A stretch of DNA of 63,433 nucleotides, counting the filler, from Psammoneis japonica (taxonomy: Eukaryota): NCBI GenBank assembly GCA_008632985.1. It is 3 parts of 3 records of this genome, joined end to end, with 100 filler letters (N's around TTAATTAATTAA, not from the genome) between each part and the next. Parts side by side here need not be neighbours in the genome. Positions count along the whole stretch, not along the records: positions 1 to 25,868 come from QPGO01000425.1; positions 25,969 to 51,215 come from QPGO01000429.1; 1 more part is not named here. The stretch is one strand, 5' to 3'. This document shows positions 22,611 to 36,066 of this stretch, piece after piece (position 1 is the stretch's first letter; each line of letters opens with the position of its first letter). The notes beneath the pieces were generated by a model that worked only from the letters and a program-made list of their open reading frames with translations, did no database searches and was not told the DNA's origin. Made by a program: the position numbers and the translations under genes.

Positions 22611-25600
22611 AGTTTGTTGTCAGCCATTGGATGCCCACTTGTGCCACTCTCCTGCTTCTCCACTCCTCAAGCTCAAGCTCCAACCCAACCAAGTGGCACT
22701 TCTTTGTCGCTGCTGCAACAGCAACAACTGGTCAGTGAGAAGAACCCACATGCTTTGGAGCCAGCCTCTTTGCTGTCCAGCTTTTGATTTGTGAGTGGTC
22801 TGAAGCTCAAGCTCCACAAACAGAACTCCAACATCAACTGCCTGTGTGCCAGAGTTGCTTGCACTGTTTGAAGCAGCAGCAGCCACAGATTGTTGCAAAA
22901 AATGCACAGAAACACAATGATGTGTGACAGGAGAGGATGCACAAGTGTGGTCTTGCACATGGCACAGGAAGCCTGGTTGGATGAGTGACACTGGCAGCAT
23001 CAAAAACATTGATTGAGGTGTGGTGCATTTGTCATGTTTGCATGCAACAACTTGGAAATGATGTCCTTTGACAATTGTGGCATCATTGGTTGCAACATGC
23101 ACATTGCTGAAATGTTGTGACAGCACACCATGCACAAAGTTCATCAAAGCAGATTTGTGCCTGCAGTGCAATGCAGGAGACTGCAAGCTGTGCCATTTTG
23201 CCAAAACAGAGTGGCACCCAAGAATTTGCAAATGCCCACTGCCATCTTTGAGATTGCTGCACGCACCATCATCTTCCATTTTGGTGGTCTCATTGTTGGA
23301 AATCTTGTCATCAAAAAGCCACTGAGCCCGTCCACCACCATCATGGCACCTCACTTTCTTCTTGGCAGTCGTGGCATCTGGAGGGGGCTAGCCAAGATTT
23401 TTCAGCTGCTTTGCCCTGCTCAAGAAGTGGCTTCTCTGTTGCCAAAAGCTCTGTTCAGAGGAGCAGGCAGCCTCATGCCTGCTTGGCAGGTTCTTTGTTG
23501 TCATGAACAAATGCTCTGAGCTTCCAACCAGCCTTGTTGCAAGCAAAGGAGCAAAAACCACTTCTCTCACAGGGCAGGGGGGGGGGGGGAGGTGAAGTCT
23601 CCTTGTGTGCCAAGAAGTTGCAAGATGGTTGCTGAGCAGCTACAAAGATTGCTGTTCTTGGCAACTGTGAGAGCTGGTTCTTTGCCAGCACGTGTTGTCT
23701 TGAAATGAAAAATCATGTGAAGTGTGCAATTGCTTTGCACACTCTCATGAATGTCTTCATCCATGAACAAGGAGCCTTTGCTCAGCACCAAGTGCAACCT
23801 TGGGGGGCAGTCAAGTGCACAATCCTCGTGACGTGGGCCACCCACAGTTGACTTGCAGTTGTGTCAACATGCATTTGCACAAGCTTGTGGAGTGTGCACT
23901 TCTGGGTTGTGTGACTCCACAACAAAGATGTTGCTGGCATCTGCCAGCTGTCAACATGGGGCACAGGATCCAACCAGATTTGTGCAAAAGGATGCTGCCA
24001 ATGATGAAAGAAGACAACTTTGCTCTGGCTTTGAACAGCACAAGGTTGATGACTCCAACAATTGCAGCTGCAAACCACAAGCAGCGTGCTGAACCACCAT
24101 GAAGCAGTGGTCTAGTTTGCACAGCACACTGCACTCCTTGGGCACTTTGGAGTGCTTGGAAGTTGTGGCATGATCAAGACATTGCAGGTTTTGGAGGGGA
24201 TGCTCCATTGTGCCTTTTGTGTGGGGGCAGCAGCTGTCATGATGGCCATCTCCTTGCACTGTCACCCCAAACAACAGCCATCATGTTCTTTCTCTCTCTC
24301 TCCCCCCCCCCCCCCCCCCCCGCACACATTGCTGCTTCTTCTGAGTTGCGCCAGCTGTTCTCCATGTGGATGATGGCAATCCAAACATCAGCTGGGACAA
24401 ATTGCCTCTTTTTTTGTCATTCCTCCAAGACTGATGTCAAAACTTCTCAGCAACTTCTTTGCTGCTTCTGACTCCAATGGTCAACTTGACAGTCAACAAC
24501 ACACAGTGGCATTGCCCACACAGCTGAGTTTCTCTGGACATTTGTTGGCCATTTCTTGGGCTTTCATTTTGGACAAGATGCGCCCTTAAAGACAGCTTTC
24601 TGATCCTGAAATGGCTCTGAAGCCCTTGTGCCTTTCAGGTCAAATTTTGTGAAGCTGACATTTGAAGACATGATTTTTCTGTGTCTCCCTCTGGGTCTGG
24701 ACTGGGCTTGTCCACTCTTCAGCCACAGTGGCTGTGATTGGCGCTGCAACAAGCACCCAGTCAATCCTGTCTTGACTCAAATCATTGCTTGCGTTTTGCT
24801 GTTGCAAAAACCACCTCTGGCAAACTGTTGCAAGCTGAGTCAAAAATGGGAGTGCACAACTTGAACAATGCACCGTGCTGGTTGCAGTGCCAGCTTTGTC
24901 AGGCAGTTGCGCCAATGACAGAGAAACCAAACAGCATCGGAGGGGACACTCTGTTGTGTCTACGTTTGGGGGAGCGGTGCCGCCATGGTGTCGCATCTCT
25001 TTGCATTTTCTTTCCCGATGTCAGCATGTTTTCTACGTTAAATTCTACGCGATTCAGCAATTTTCCAAGTCAGTTCTTTCAGCACAAATTCCATGTACAA
25101 TTCTGCGCGTTTGGCCAGAATTTTGAGTCAAGGACCGTGTCAGGTTCATCCTCTTGTTCTTCTCACCAATGTGCTTCCTTTGAGTTTTCTTTCCAACACA
25201 CTGCAATTCATGATGGATGTTCTGCGGCATTCCAAAGTGGGTCGCCACAAGTCTTCCAGCTGGTTGGCATTTCCAAGTCTCGATGTTGCTCCTCTTGCTC
25301 TTCGACATTGCAGCTTCAGCACACAATTTCTGTGCAATTCTACGCATGACGGAAATTTCATCTGACAATTCCGATCATCATTTCCTTTCCTTCGTTGGGG
25401 TCTGTGTTGGACTTTCTTGGGTGTTTTTCATCCCAGGAATTTCTCTCACATTCGCTTCAAGCATGTTGTCTTCGGAGACAGACACGTGTTTAGTTTTCTG
25501 CAGTGTTTGTTTTGGTGTCTCCCAAGTGGTGTGGCTGGGCTTGTCCATTCTTCGAGGCACAGCAACTGTGGTTGCCGTGTGACAAGCATCCGGTCAGTCA

Positions 25601-25868
25601 CCATTCTGACTTAAAACAAACAGCCTCTTTCTGATGATGTGTTGGCGGCATTGCCTTTGGACAATGTGTCAATGGCATTGTCTTTCTGACAATGTTTGAC
25701 AACGGAGGTTCTTCAATTGTCCCTGCCGCCCTTTGTGGGTGCTGGGGAACGTGGGTCTGCCATGGTCGGTGTTGGTGTGGGCGGCAGTGAGGCAGCGGCA
25801 AGGTGGATTTCTAGTTTTGGTTGCAGTGCCAGCTTTGCACCCCAGCATTTTGAGTGAACAGCTTTGCA
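22610..25868. other. Unclassified, heavily mutated repeat-like sequence
   Basis: Almost no TA and, to about 24900, almost no CG. Only short Cys/His-rich ORFs and no recognisable domain. Confidence 0.4.
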
Positions 25869-25968
25869 NNNNNNNNNNNNNNNNNNNNNNNNNNNNNNNN
25901 NNNNNNNNNNNNTTAATTAATTAANNNNNNNNNNNNNNNNNNNNNNNNNNNNNNNNNNNNNNNNNNNN
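25869..25968. other. Artificial contig linker (N44-TTAATTAATTAA-N44)
   Basis: A six-frame stop 12-mer embedded in Ns. An identical structure occurs at 51216-51315. Confidence 0.95.
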
Positions 25969-28041
25969 CTAGCTGTTTTGGCAAGGACCAAGACCTCTTT
26001 ATCAGGAATATTCTCTCGTCGCCTTGTATGGTGGATGGAGCATATCTATCCATCTCGCTGGAGTCTCCTTTAGTATCCTTTGTGGACGATCAAGAACTAC
26101 GACTGGCAAGCAAAAACGTCAACGATACATGTTGCCTCGTAGAAATTGTGCTCTCAAAAGGGAGTGTGCAGCTCAGCGATGAACGTCAACTGGAGGGATT
26201 TCCTTGGCATTCAGAAATTTGCTCATCTCGTCAGTCGTTGCTTGTTGGCTTCTCTCGGGGTGACCGAAGGGAAAATTCTCACCCGCAACCAAGCGAAAAT
26301 GCTTAAAAGAGCTGCACGCCATCTTCTTTGCAAGGAAACAGACGATTCGTATGGAATTATGGCTGCAGTGAAGAGGTACCGATGCTTGAAAGACGAAAGA
26401 ATAGACGACTCTCTATTGATGGGAATAGCTGATATTTTGTGGTGGATGGACTTTCCTATCCAGAACAAAGGATCTGAGAGCGATCGTGGCTTACGTCTTC
26501 ATGATCTTGCTTTGATACGCAGGATTGCATCTCCCCTTATATTACGCCTGCATCGGCAGGGGAGGACTATATCAGGCCTGTCATTAAGCGTCTTGATTTC
26601 TCTGTGCTCGAGGTTTTACAAAATGTTAAGTTTCTGCGGGGTGCCGTCATCGATTCGGTATTCTACAGGTTGCTTCAGATTAGCTTGTCAAGCAAGGATG
26701 ATGGGCTTGTCAATTTCGAGATCACCCTCTGGTCACTACTTGAGAGAGCCGGCATACTCATCGGACGGGATCGATTACTTGACCGTGTTCGGCTCCTCTT
26801 ATTACTGTCACCCAACCGAGATATTACAAGAGCACGAGTGCTGAAATGTTTATCCAACTCTATTGTCCCTTGCGATGTCGATGATGAAGAGATCTTATCG
26901 CTGCAGCAAAATTCCAAGCGGTGCATGGCACTTATGCGGGTCTGGACACTTAATACCGCATTTGATTGGAACATGGAGGATGGCACATCTTCACTCCCGA
27001 TTTCAAAAGCTGCTCTCTCATTTCTGCCGCTACCGAGAGCCGTCCGTCGAATGGAGGCAAGGTCGTGCCCGACAAATGAAAGAGCTGAGCATTTGTTAAT
27101 CCGAAGGCACCGACGGGAGATGATTACAGATTGGGAGAAGAGAAAGCGGCTCGCTCAGGATGATTTCCCTGTTGCTTCGGCGCTAGCTGTCAAACCAAGC
27201 TGTGGGTAGGTCTGTTTTTTTTTTTTGATCTGTCGATTCGTGAATTGATTCTTCTTACCCTCACTATATTTTTCCCCCATTGTAGAACTGGATCGCTAAT
27301 CATCACATCGGAAGCCATGTCAGTTTCAACCTTTTTGAAAAAAGCAGAATTGATGGAGAAGGCAAACGCTGGAATAAAGCGTCGCTTTATTCCAGGTTTC
27401 TCGCGCCCTAAGTTGCGAAGGCTTAATCTTTCATATGCATCGCACGGCGATCTTCAAAGGCTCTTCTTTGACAGCGATGGTAGTCTGAGTGATGAAATCC
27501 GAGAGGATATAGAGCTCTCAGAGAAAGTGATCCAAGATACATAACTTTCTTTAACAAGCGCTGCAATGTGGCGCGGAAGGATGCACGATGGCAAGTGCAG
27601 ATTCGAAGGCACGGGGACACAGGAGGGCGAATAGCAACGAGGTCCTGCGTAGAATCAATTTTTTACAACGAAAAAGTCATCGACTCACAGAATGAACGAC
27701 TCGTTGATGTTGGGATCTTAATGGGTGGAACAGAGGATCAATCTCTTCACCATGATTTGGCTCGACAAACTACCAGCTGGATGTCCAACGGCCTTCCGTG
27801 GAGTCAACAGCTGACGAACTGACCAGTGCAGTGCCTGGCTGGGAGGTCAACCGTCCGGAATATAACGAAGCAATGACAACTTCAATTGCTCCAGCCAGCA
27901 TAGTAATTGAACTATCTCCTGTGGGTGAAGTTTTGCTCGGCGTTCAGAAGGATCTGGTGCAACGAGTACGGTAAGTGTAGCTGGGCAAATGCATGGTTGC
28001 TGCGCGGACTTGATTCTTATGGTGTCATCTCTCCTTTCGTG

Positions 28042-28090
<49 letters not shown>

Positions 28091-28519
28091 AGTTCCAGCG
28101 GGGAAGGGAAAAAATGCAAAATCTACGACGGTGATGGCACCATCTTTACGATTGTCCGTGAAAACGAATTCTTGGTCGTCATCAAAGCAATCAACGGGTG
28201 CATGTTCACCGGAGACTTCCAGCATGCTGGAGTAAGGAATTTTCCCGAGAGCAGCCCTGAGGCAGACCTTCTGGATCGATTAAACTATCAAATAGATGAA
28301 ATCGTTGAGAGGTTTCCTTCTGATGAAGAGAGAGACACAAGAAATGAAGCATTGTTGGACATGATGTGCGAATTCAACGACTTAAACAAAGTGTGTCGGC
28401 TTCATTGCTCCACTGAGATGACTACAGGCAACTTGTGTATTCCGCAGAATATGATTGGCTTTCACGACTGCCTGGCTAACGAACCGGATCCTCGATGCTT
28501 TCAAGAAGACGAACTTTGA
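25969..28519 (+). CDS. Multi-exon host gene (5' end uncertain, apparent frameshifts) with a C-terminal 2OG-Fe(II) dioxygenase-like domain
   Basis: GGTEDQSLHHD (HxD), FTGDFQHAG (distal His) and CRLH. GT-AG introns at about 27206-27285 and 27971-28092. Normal TA content. Confidence 0.5.
28045..28090 (+). repeat. (CT)n microsatellite in an intron polypyrimidine tract
   Basis: Directly visible. Confidence 0.95.
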
Positions 28520-29597
28520 GTTGCTCGATATAGTCGTATGACACACGGAAAACGTGTAGCTGGATCCGGAAGTGGCACGAACAATCCACATACAAACGAT
28601 TGACAGTTAAGCGAACCGACGTACGCAGTATTCGCAAAATGGGAAATAATCAAATTACTCTTAGCAGAACTGTCATCAGCGCTTTGGGCATTCCCAGATC
28701 CGTCGTCTTTGACGGAAGAAATCGTCAATTCTCCGAATACGATTTTGGAGTCGGACGACAAAGCACCGTTCTGCCAAGTAAACCCACTTTGTCCGTTTTT
28801 GGAACAAAGCTGGTGGCGAAGAACGAACCGTTTGCTCCCTGCTCGACTTTGGCGTCCTCGATTCCATCTCTTCCCTTTCTACACGTAAAGCAACGCGTTT
28901 TGTTTTCCTTCTATTTTTCTTAGCATGAGTCACACGCCAATAGCTCTTTCCGCCAGCAAGAATAATGTTATTCCATGTCTTCGCGCTGTCCGCTGTCTCG
29001 TGCTCTGGCTTACTAAGTGCGGCATTCGGGCTCCAGGGCTGTCCTTACGCGGGTCGTTTAAGAACTTGAGGTGTCAGCGACTTGCAAAACACACGATTCG
29101 TCCTTGCTATGGGAGGAGGAATCGTCGCTTTGCGGTAAATCCTCCTTCGGTTCTTCTTGGTCCATGGATCGTTTTGGAGAATGCAAGAGGCGGTTTATGT
29201 GACTCTACGACGTCATTGTCACTGGCGGCGGCATCATGTGTATCCGATGACTTCTGGGGACGGGATGAGCTTCACTTCAGGCAGATGTGTTTCCCTGGTT
29301 AAAATTTCGGACGACATTGAAAGGAAGCTTCCACTCGATTCTACACTGCCGACGCTCTGTCGACTTTTCCAAGTGGCCGACTGGGTGCACTCGATTTCTC
29401 CTTTCTCGTCTTTGTCCATGTCGTCGAAGCCCGTGCGAGCAAACGAGTTCGAAGGCGACACGGGACCACCTCTTATTGTCTTGGCATCAACATGAATGTC
29501 GACACCTAGGCGCTCGATTGCCTTTTCGTTGTTTCTTTCCTGTTTGCTTATCTGCGAAATGTAAGTAACTGGCTTTGTTGCTGTTGATTCTGCCGCT

Positions 29598-29779
29598 CGA
29601 GTAAATCTGGGTGGAGCGGTCAGTCCCTGGTCCGGGGCTGACGCGCACGATCTGGTGGTTTGTTCTTTCCCACAATCTTATACGATCTAATCGACACAGG
29701 GTTCTCTTTGGTTTGTCACTACTACTCTTAGGCTTAAGGTACTGTCATTACCCCACGCGGCTACATCGGTATTTATTCG
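29598..29779 (+). repeat. 5' LTR
   Basis: Matches 36231-36412 at 178/182. Followed by CTTTATCAGAGCC, which resembles the tRNA-iMet PBS TGGTATCAGAGCC. Confidence 0.95.
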
Positions 29780-30227
29780 CTTTATCAGAGCCATTGATGA
29801 AAAGCTGAACGAAACGGACAAGGAAACAACTCGTTGCAAACGGTTGATTGTTGTGATTGTGTGCATGGAACGAGCAGCTGTAGAAAATGTACTGATTCGT
29901 ACGCGTAGCGTCGAAAGGGGGTTGTCGCGTGCAGCGTGTGCTCTGTATCGCGTATGACGACCAAAGGAAACAGCTTGCAACGGAAAACACTCGCAAAATG
30001 GTCACCATCTCCACATTGTCAACGGGTGTGGAACGACTGCGGCATTGGGCAGCATGCCCGAGCGTGTGCTCACGATGGAAACGACACGGGATTGATCACC
30101 CCGAAGTCGGTTGGCTACGTGAACCCGTTGTCACGGCACCGGTCGGTGTTGCCTCCTGTGCCATGCGCACTCACACCAAATTGCGACCCATTGCATGGGT
30201 CATTGCCTCCATTTCTCTTGTCGTGGG

Positions 30228-31751
30228 ATGGCAGCGGCACCAGCAGTGGCACTTGCGGCTTTGGCCGTGGCGGCTGACGTAGACGCGGCATTGCAAGTTT
30301 GTGGTGTTGTTGACCAACACGCTGGGGCGAGGCTTGTTTTCCATGAAGGGCCCACCACTCTTGAAAATGTTGCTGTTGTGGAAACGGACCATGATGTTGA
30401 GGATCTAGCCCAAAGGGCGGCTCGTCGCACAGCAGCCGATGGACGCGTGACGCCAGGGACGACACAGATTAAGAACTTGCAGGCATTGGTTTGGTGGTTG
30501 AGAGATTTAACGAAACGGAGCCAGCCACTGGTCGCGGCAAATTTTAACATTGCAGCCATGGCGGCGGCTGGGGACGGCAGGCGCATTGAAAAGGTGTTTG
30601 CGGAATCCACTGCGATGGTTGACAGCCTCACCAAATTCAAAGTGGAAGATTTTGACGTGTGTGAAGACGCTTTCTTGAACTTGTTGGCGCAGAAGCTTGG
30701 TGCACTTAAGGAGCCGTTGAAATGTGTCGCGAGGAGGATGCCTGCACCGGCGGAGTTCGCGGACAATCAGGAGGAGCGCATGTGTCAGTTGCCGCTCGCC
30801 GGAGACACGTTTGATGTGGACAATCGTCACGTGTGTCGCATGTTAAAAGAGTGTTTGATTGATGCGGCTGGTTGGGCTTGGATTGAACCACACGACGCAA
30901 CAGAGAATGGACGCGAAGCATTCTGGGCCTGGGTTGACCATTGCAATGGCGAAGGCGAATTGAGCAAGCGAGTTCATTTGGCCAAGGCCAACATCGAAAC
31001 GTCATTCTACAAAAAGGAAGGTGCACTTACGTTTGAGAAATTCACGGAGAAACTCACCAGTGCCTTTGCTGCTTTGGACAAGGTTCCGGATGAAAGCATG
31101 TCTGCTCAGCAGAAGGTTGAAATGTTGCAGAAGGGCATCAAATCCGAGGATGCCCGTCTTGTGGCGGCTACGGCCGTTGTTGGCAACCAGTGCCCTCGTG
31201 ACTTCGCGGGGGCGTGTGCTTGTTTCTCATCCGAAGTCTCTCGTTTGCATGCAGGTGCTCAGTTGGAAGCCCGGCATCACACGAAGCGCAAGATTTCTCA
31301 GATCAGCCGAGGTGGCAGTGGTGGCCGAGGTTTCCATCGCGGCGGTCGTGGGCGTGGCGGTAGATTTGGCCGCGGTGGAGGACGCGGAGGACATCAAGGA
31401 AGGGGCGGTGATCGCACAACTGTGATTGACGGAGTCGATGTGTCGGATCCTACGAGGACATTTGCCGTCCAGGAATGGGACAGATTGCGCTTTAACGGAG
31501 GTCTCAATTGTGTTTTTCAAGCTCGTGAAAGGATGCACGGATGCGGTGGTCGAGGAAACCCTGCAGGAAGAGGCGGACGCGACGGAGGCAACAGGCAAGC
31601 AGCCGAAGCTCAGGTTCAAGACCGTCAAGGTCAAGGGCAGCAAGGTGAAGCGCAAGGTGAAAACGGTGGCCGCGGTTGCGGAGCTGACCGTGATCGTGGT
31701 GGCAGGAATGGGCGCGCTTTCGGTCGAGGGGCCTGTCAAGGTCATGTTTGA
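30228..31751 (+). pseudogene. Copia gag-like ORF with an RGG-rich C-terminus
   Basis: AGWAWIEPHDATENGREAFWAWVDHCNGEGE, the RGG tract, and its position after the LTR. Only one Tyr. Confidence 0.85.
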
Positions 31752-31879
31752 CTGATCGGGGTGGTTTCAACTGCGGGAGCGTTGGCGCATTTGGTGCACA
31801 CATCATTTGCATTCATGTTGCTCATCATGTTGTTAAACAAACCCCACCCAACATTTCATTTGCAAGAGAAGGTAACGAA

Positions 31880-34800
31880 AAGGCGCGTTGCTGTGACTTC
31901 GAAACGTGTGATGAGGTCAACGACTGCCACCGCGATGACGAACTTAACGACACCCGGCTTCATGGCGAGGAACGAATGTGACACTCATGCGGACACTTGT
32001 TGTGCTGGCGCTAACTGGAAACTTGTGGAATTGACGAACGAAGTCTGTGAAGTGCACCCGTTTCTAGATTCAGATTCCTGTGGCGCGTTGTTGCACAGCA
32101 TGGACGGATCCGGAAACAACTCGCGAGCACTTGCTGGTTGGAGACCAAATGCTGTGGTTTGGAACTGACATGCAGCATTCATTGTTGAACCCCAATCAGT
32201 TGCGAGCACACCATGTACCCGCACACGACAACCCTTGCGACACTCGAAATGGGTTTGGAGTCGAAGCTGATGAAGCTTTCACACCTTTCAATTCCACGGG
32301 GACAATTGTGTCTTTCAAGTCTCGTGTTCCGACGGATTGGGAGGAGAAGAACTTGCCAGTGATGCTGCTGACAGGAGACGCATGGAGTCCAACGGAAGTC
32401 GACATGGGTTTACCACAGCGCACAAGGGAGCAATCTGAGATGCGCACTGTCCGTTCGATGACATCTGGCATGAGACAGGAACAGATTTCAGAAATGAAGA
32501 GCGACAGGGCCAAGTCTCAAGCAGTCCAATGGGGCGAGGTTGAAGCTGAACTCACTCGATTGTCTCCAGTCTGTCATCTTCAATCCTTTTGTGACAGGCT
32601 CATCAGTTCAGTCAACGCAGCTTGCGCGNNNNNNNNNNNNNNNNNNNNNNNNNNNNNNNNNNNNNNNNNNNNNNNNNNNNNNNNNNNNNNNNNNNNNNNN
32701 NNNNNNNNNNNNNNNNNNNNNNNNNNNNNNNNNNNNNNNNNNNNNNNNNNNNNNNNNNNNNNNNNNNNNNNNNNNNNNNNNNNNNNGACGGCGACCCAAC
32801 CAATGTCAAGGAGAGTTAGGGTGGATCACTTGGACCTGCATCGGAAAAGATTAAAAGGGACATGGTTTGTGGACACGTTAACATCCAAGGTGAAGTCTTT
32901 GCTCGGTGACACTTGTGCCAATGTTTGTGCTCAGGGCAAGTTCGTAAAGGTTGTGCCAATGACCGCAAGGTCGGAGGCAGGTTTGTCTCTCGTTGACTTT
33001 ACAGACGATGTGGGAGTGCCGGAGTGTCTCATGTCGGATGGTGCTGGAGAGTTCACAGGACGAAGTGCCGAGTTTGTGAAACACGCACGTCGAATGAGGA
33101 TCCAACTCAGGACAACGGAACAAGGTCGTAAGAATCAGAATCACGCAGCAGAAAGAGAGATCGGGTTCTTGGCTAAGCGCTGGCGCCTGCGGATGACGAG
33201 GAAGAAGGCACCGAAATGATTGTGGGATTTTGGTCTAGTTTGTGAATCGGAACTTGCATCTCGCATGGCAAGAGGCCGCGACAAATGGACTGGGTGTGAA
33301 GAGGTAACTGGTCAGACACCCGAAATGGGCGAGTGTTTGGACTTCGGTTTCCATGATCTGGTCTGGTGGTGGGATGGACACGACAAGCCGAATGTAACAG
33401 ATGACCCGAGGAGGCTTGGACGATGGCTTGGCATGTCTCACAAGGTCGGATCAGACATGTGTTGTTGGATCATCACGGAATCCGGGAAGACAGTTTCGAA
33501 GACTTCGGTCGAGCATGCAACGCAGGCCGACATGGTGCAGCCGGACATTCGTGTGAAAGTCGACAAGTTTAACGAACAACTGGAGGCACGGTTAGATGAC
33601 ACCAATTTCGTTTTACAAGGCGACGAAGCGGTGCCAGCATTTGCATTGGATGATTTGGCGATCGACGGCAACCCCGGCGTGGAATGTGAAGGCGGTGTGA
33701 CACCAACCGATGAGGAGTGCAGGGACATGTTGTTGCCAGGAGAACGACCCGAGGACGACGACGAACAGGCAATTGATCAACATCTCGGAATGGAACTTAT
33801 GTTTGATGTTGGGACTAAAGCTGAACGGCGAGGAGTCGCAGTCAAGCGGGCACGAGGTCAGGATGGGCGACCGATTGGAACCCGGCATCAGAATCCATTG
33901 TTTGACACCCGCGAACATGAGATTGAATGCACAGACGGTGCCAGAGATGAGCATGCTGCCAATGTGATCGCGGAGAACATGTTTGCTCAAGTTGACAGCG
34001 AAGGCAACCAGCACTCTATTTTGCAGGAGATGCAGGATCACGAAAAGACCGGCGAAGCTGTGCCGATCCAGGAAGGAACAGTTCAGACAGCTGACGGGAA
34101 CGAACATAAGAAGACAACTACGAAAGGATGGAACCCATTGGTCGCATGGAAGGACGACAGCTCGTCGTGGGTGAAACTCAAGGATCTGAAGGAGTCCAAC
34201 CCGATTGAACTTGCTGAGCATGCTGCAGCGAACAGGTCAACCGAAGAACCGGCGTTTGCTTGGTGGGTCACGCATGTTTTACGCAAGCGGAGTCGCATCA
34301 TCTCAAAGGTTAAGAAAAAATGTTGGTGCACTGCCCACAAGTTCGGCGTGCGTTTGCCCAAGTCTACGGAAGATGCTTTGAAGATTGACCAGGAAACGGG
34401 GACAGACCATTGGGCTCGCGCAATTGACAAGGAGATGAACAAGGTCAAGATAGCGTGGCGCGAACATGAAGCTGAAACCCCTCAAGTCGTCCGGGAAGGC
34501 AAGAGTGCAACTTTGCGTGGTTGTCAGGAGATCAGGTGCCATTTGGCATTCGACGTAAAGATGGATTTCACTGGGAAGGCCAGATTTGTTGCAGGAGGTC
34601 ATGCTGCGGAAACACCATCATCGATCACATGCTCAAGTGTTGTTTCGAGGGACAGCGCACGGTTGGGATTCCTGCTGGCAGCATTGAATGGAGTGGACAT
34701 TGCGGCTGTCGACCTGGAGAACGCGCACTTGAATGCCCCGTGTGCGGAGAAGATCTGGTTCGAAGGTGGCAGGGAATGTGGAGAGCACCAAGGCAAGGTT

Positions 34801-36066
34801 CTAGTTGTGACTCGAGCGCTGTGCGGTTTGAAGAGCTCTGGATGCTCTTGGAGGTCCGCATTGGCATCGGTTTTGCGGAACATGGGTTTTGAATCAACGA
34901 AGGCGGATCCCGACGTTTGTGTTCATGCGGCAACTCGCGACGATGGGCACGAGCATCATGAAATGCTTTTGGTTTGTGTTGACGACATTCCAATCATTTC
35001 TCATCAAGGAAAATCTGTTGTCGAGAGCATGGGTGAATCATTTGCTGTCAAACCTGGGAGTGAAGGAGAGCCATCGTTGTGCCTTGGAGCTGACGTCGAG
35101 AAGGTTCAGACCGAAGATGGGCGCACCATTTGGGCAAGCTCACCGAAGTCGCATGTCAAGTCGGCAATCAAGACGGTGGAAGGGCCGTTGGAAGAGGACG
35201 GTGATGGAGCAGTCTTGAAGAACAATGTGAGGGACCCACTGCCTTCTAAGTGCAAGCCGGAATTAGACATGGCGGACGAGTTGGGACCCGATTTGGCAGA
35301 CAGGCATTTGCAGTTGATTGGCATTTGTCGTTGGGCGATCGAGTTGGGCCGTGTCGACATCTTGCATGAAGTTTCCATTCTCTCTCAGTGTCAAGCCAAC
35401 CCAAGGAAAGGGCACCTTGAAGCGTTGCACCACGTGTTCGCGCATGTGAAGAAGCACTTGAATGTCGGTCGCATTGGTTTTGACCCGAAGATGCCTGTGA
35501 TTGACGAATCTGTTTTCAATTCTGCTGCGGGCTGGACGGAGTTTTGCGGGGACGTTGAGGAGGAGTTGCCGCCACAGATGCCCAAGCCCCGTGGCAACCC
35601 AGCAAATGTGTTTGCATTTGTTGACGCTAACCATGCAGGAAACGTTGTCACTCGCAGATCGCATGGCGGGATTTTGACACTCGTGAACAATGCTCCGATC
35701 ATTTGGTTTGGCAAGCGGCAGAACACAGCGGAGTCGGCGACGTTTGGTGGCGAACTGGTTGCGATGCACGCTTGCAAGGAGTTGATTGTTGCTTTGCGTT
35801 ACAAACTTCGTGTGTTTGGAGCACCGATTGAAGGCCCTGCCAATGCATTTTGCGACAACCGCGGCGTGGTGAAGAACGTCAGTGTTCCGGAATCTGTGTT
35901 GCACAAGAAGCACAATGCCATCAACTGTCATTTGGTTCGTGAAGCGGTTGCGGCTGGCATTGTTCGCGTCGGGAAGGAGGACACGGACACGAATTTGGCG
36001 GATTTGTTTACGAAGGTGACGACGGGAGAGCGGCGTTGGAAACTTTGCTCTTGCATCTTTTGGCAG
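31880..36066 (+). pseudogene. Copia pol (protease, integrase, RT, RNase H) with a frameshift near 32070 and a TGA at 33217
   Basis: ECDTHADTCCAG (PR), SDGAGEF..NHAAEREIG (IN), KARFVAGGH, ALCGLKSSG, LVCVDDI (YVDD), VDANHAG..RRSH, FCDN and NLADLFTK (RH). The probable original stop TAG now reads CAG at 36064. Confidence 0.93.

Noticed and set aside
25869..25968. TTAATTAATTAA palindrome within N runs (also 51260-51271)
   Set aside because: This is a six-frame-stop linker used to concatenate contigs. It is not biological, and no linkage should be inferred across it.
28600..29560. Short ORFs upstream of the Copia 5' LTR
   Set aside because: No recognisable motifs, and they cannot be distinguished from chance ORFs.
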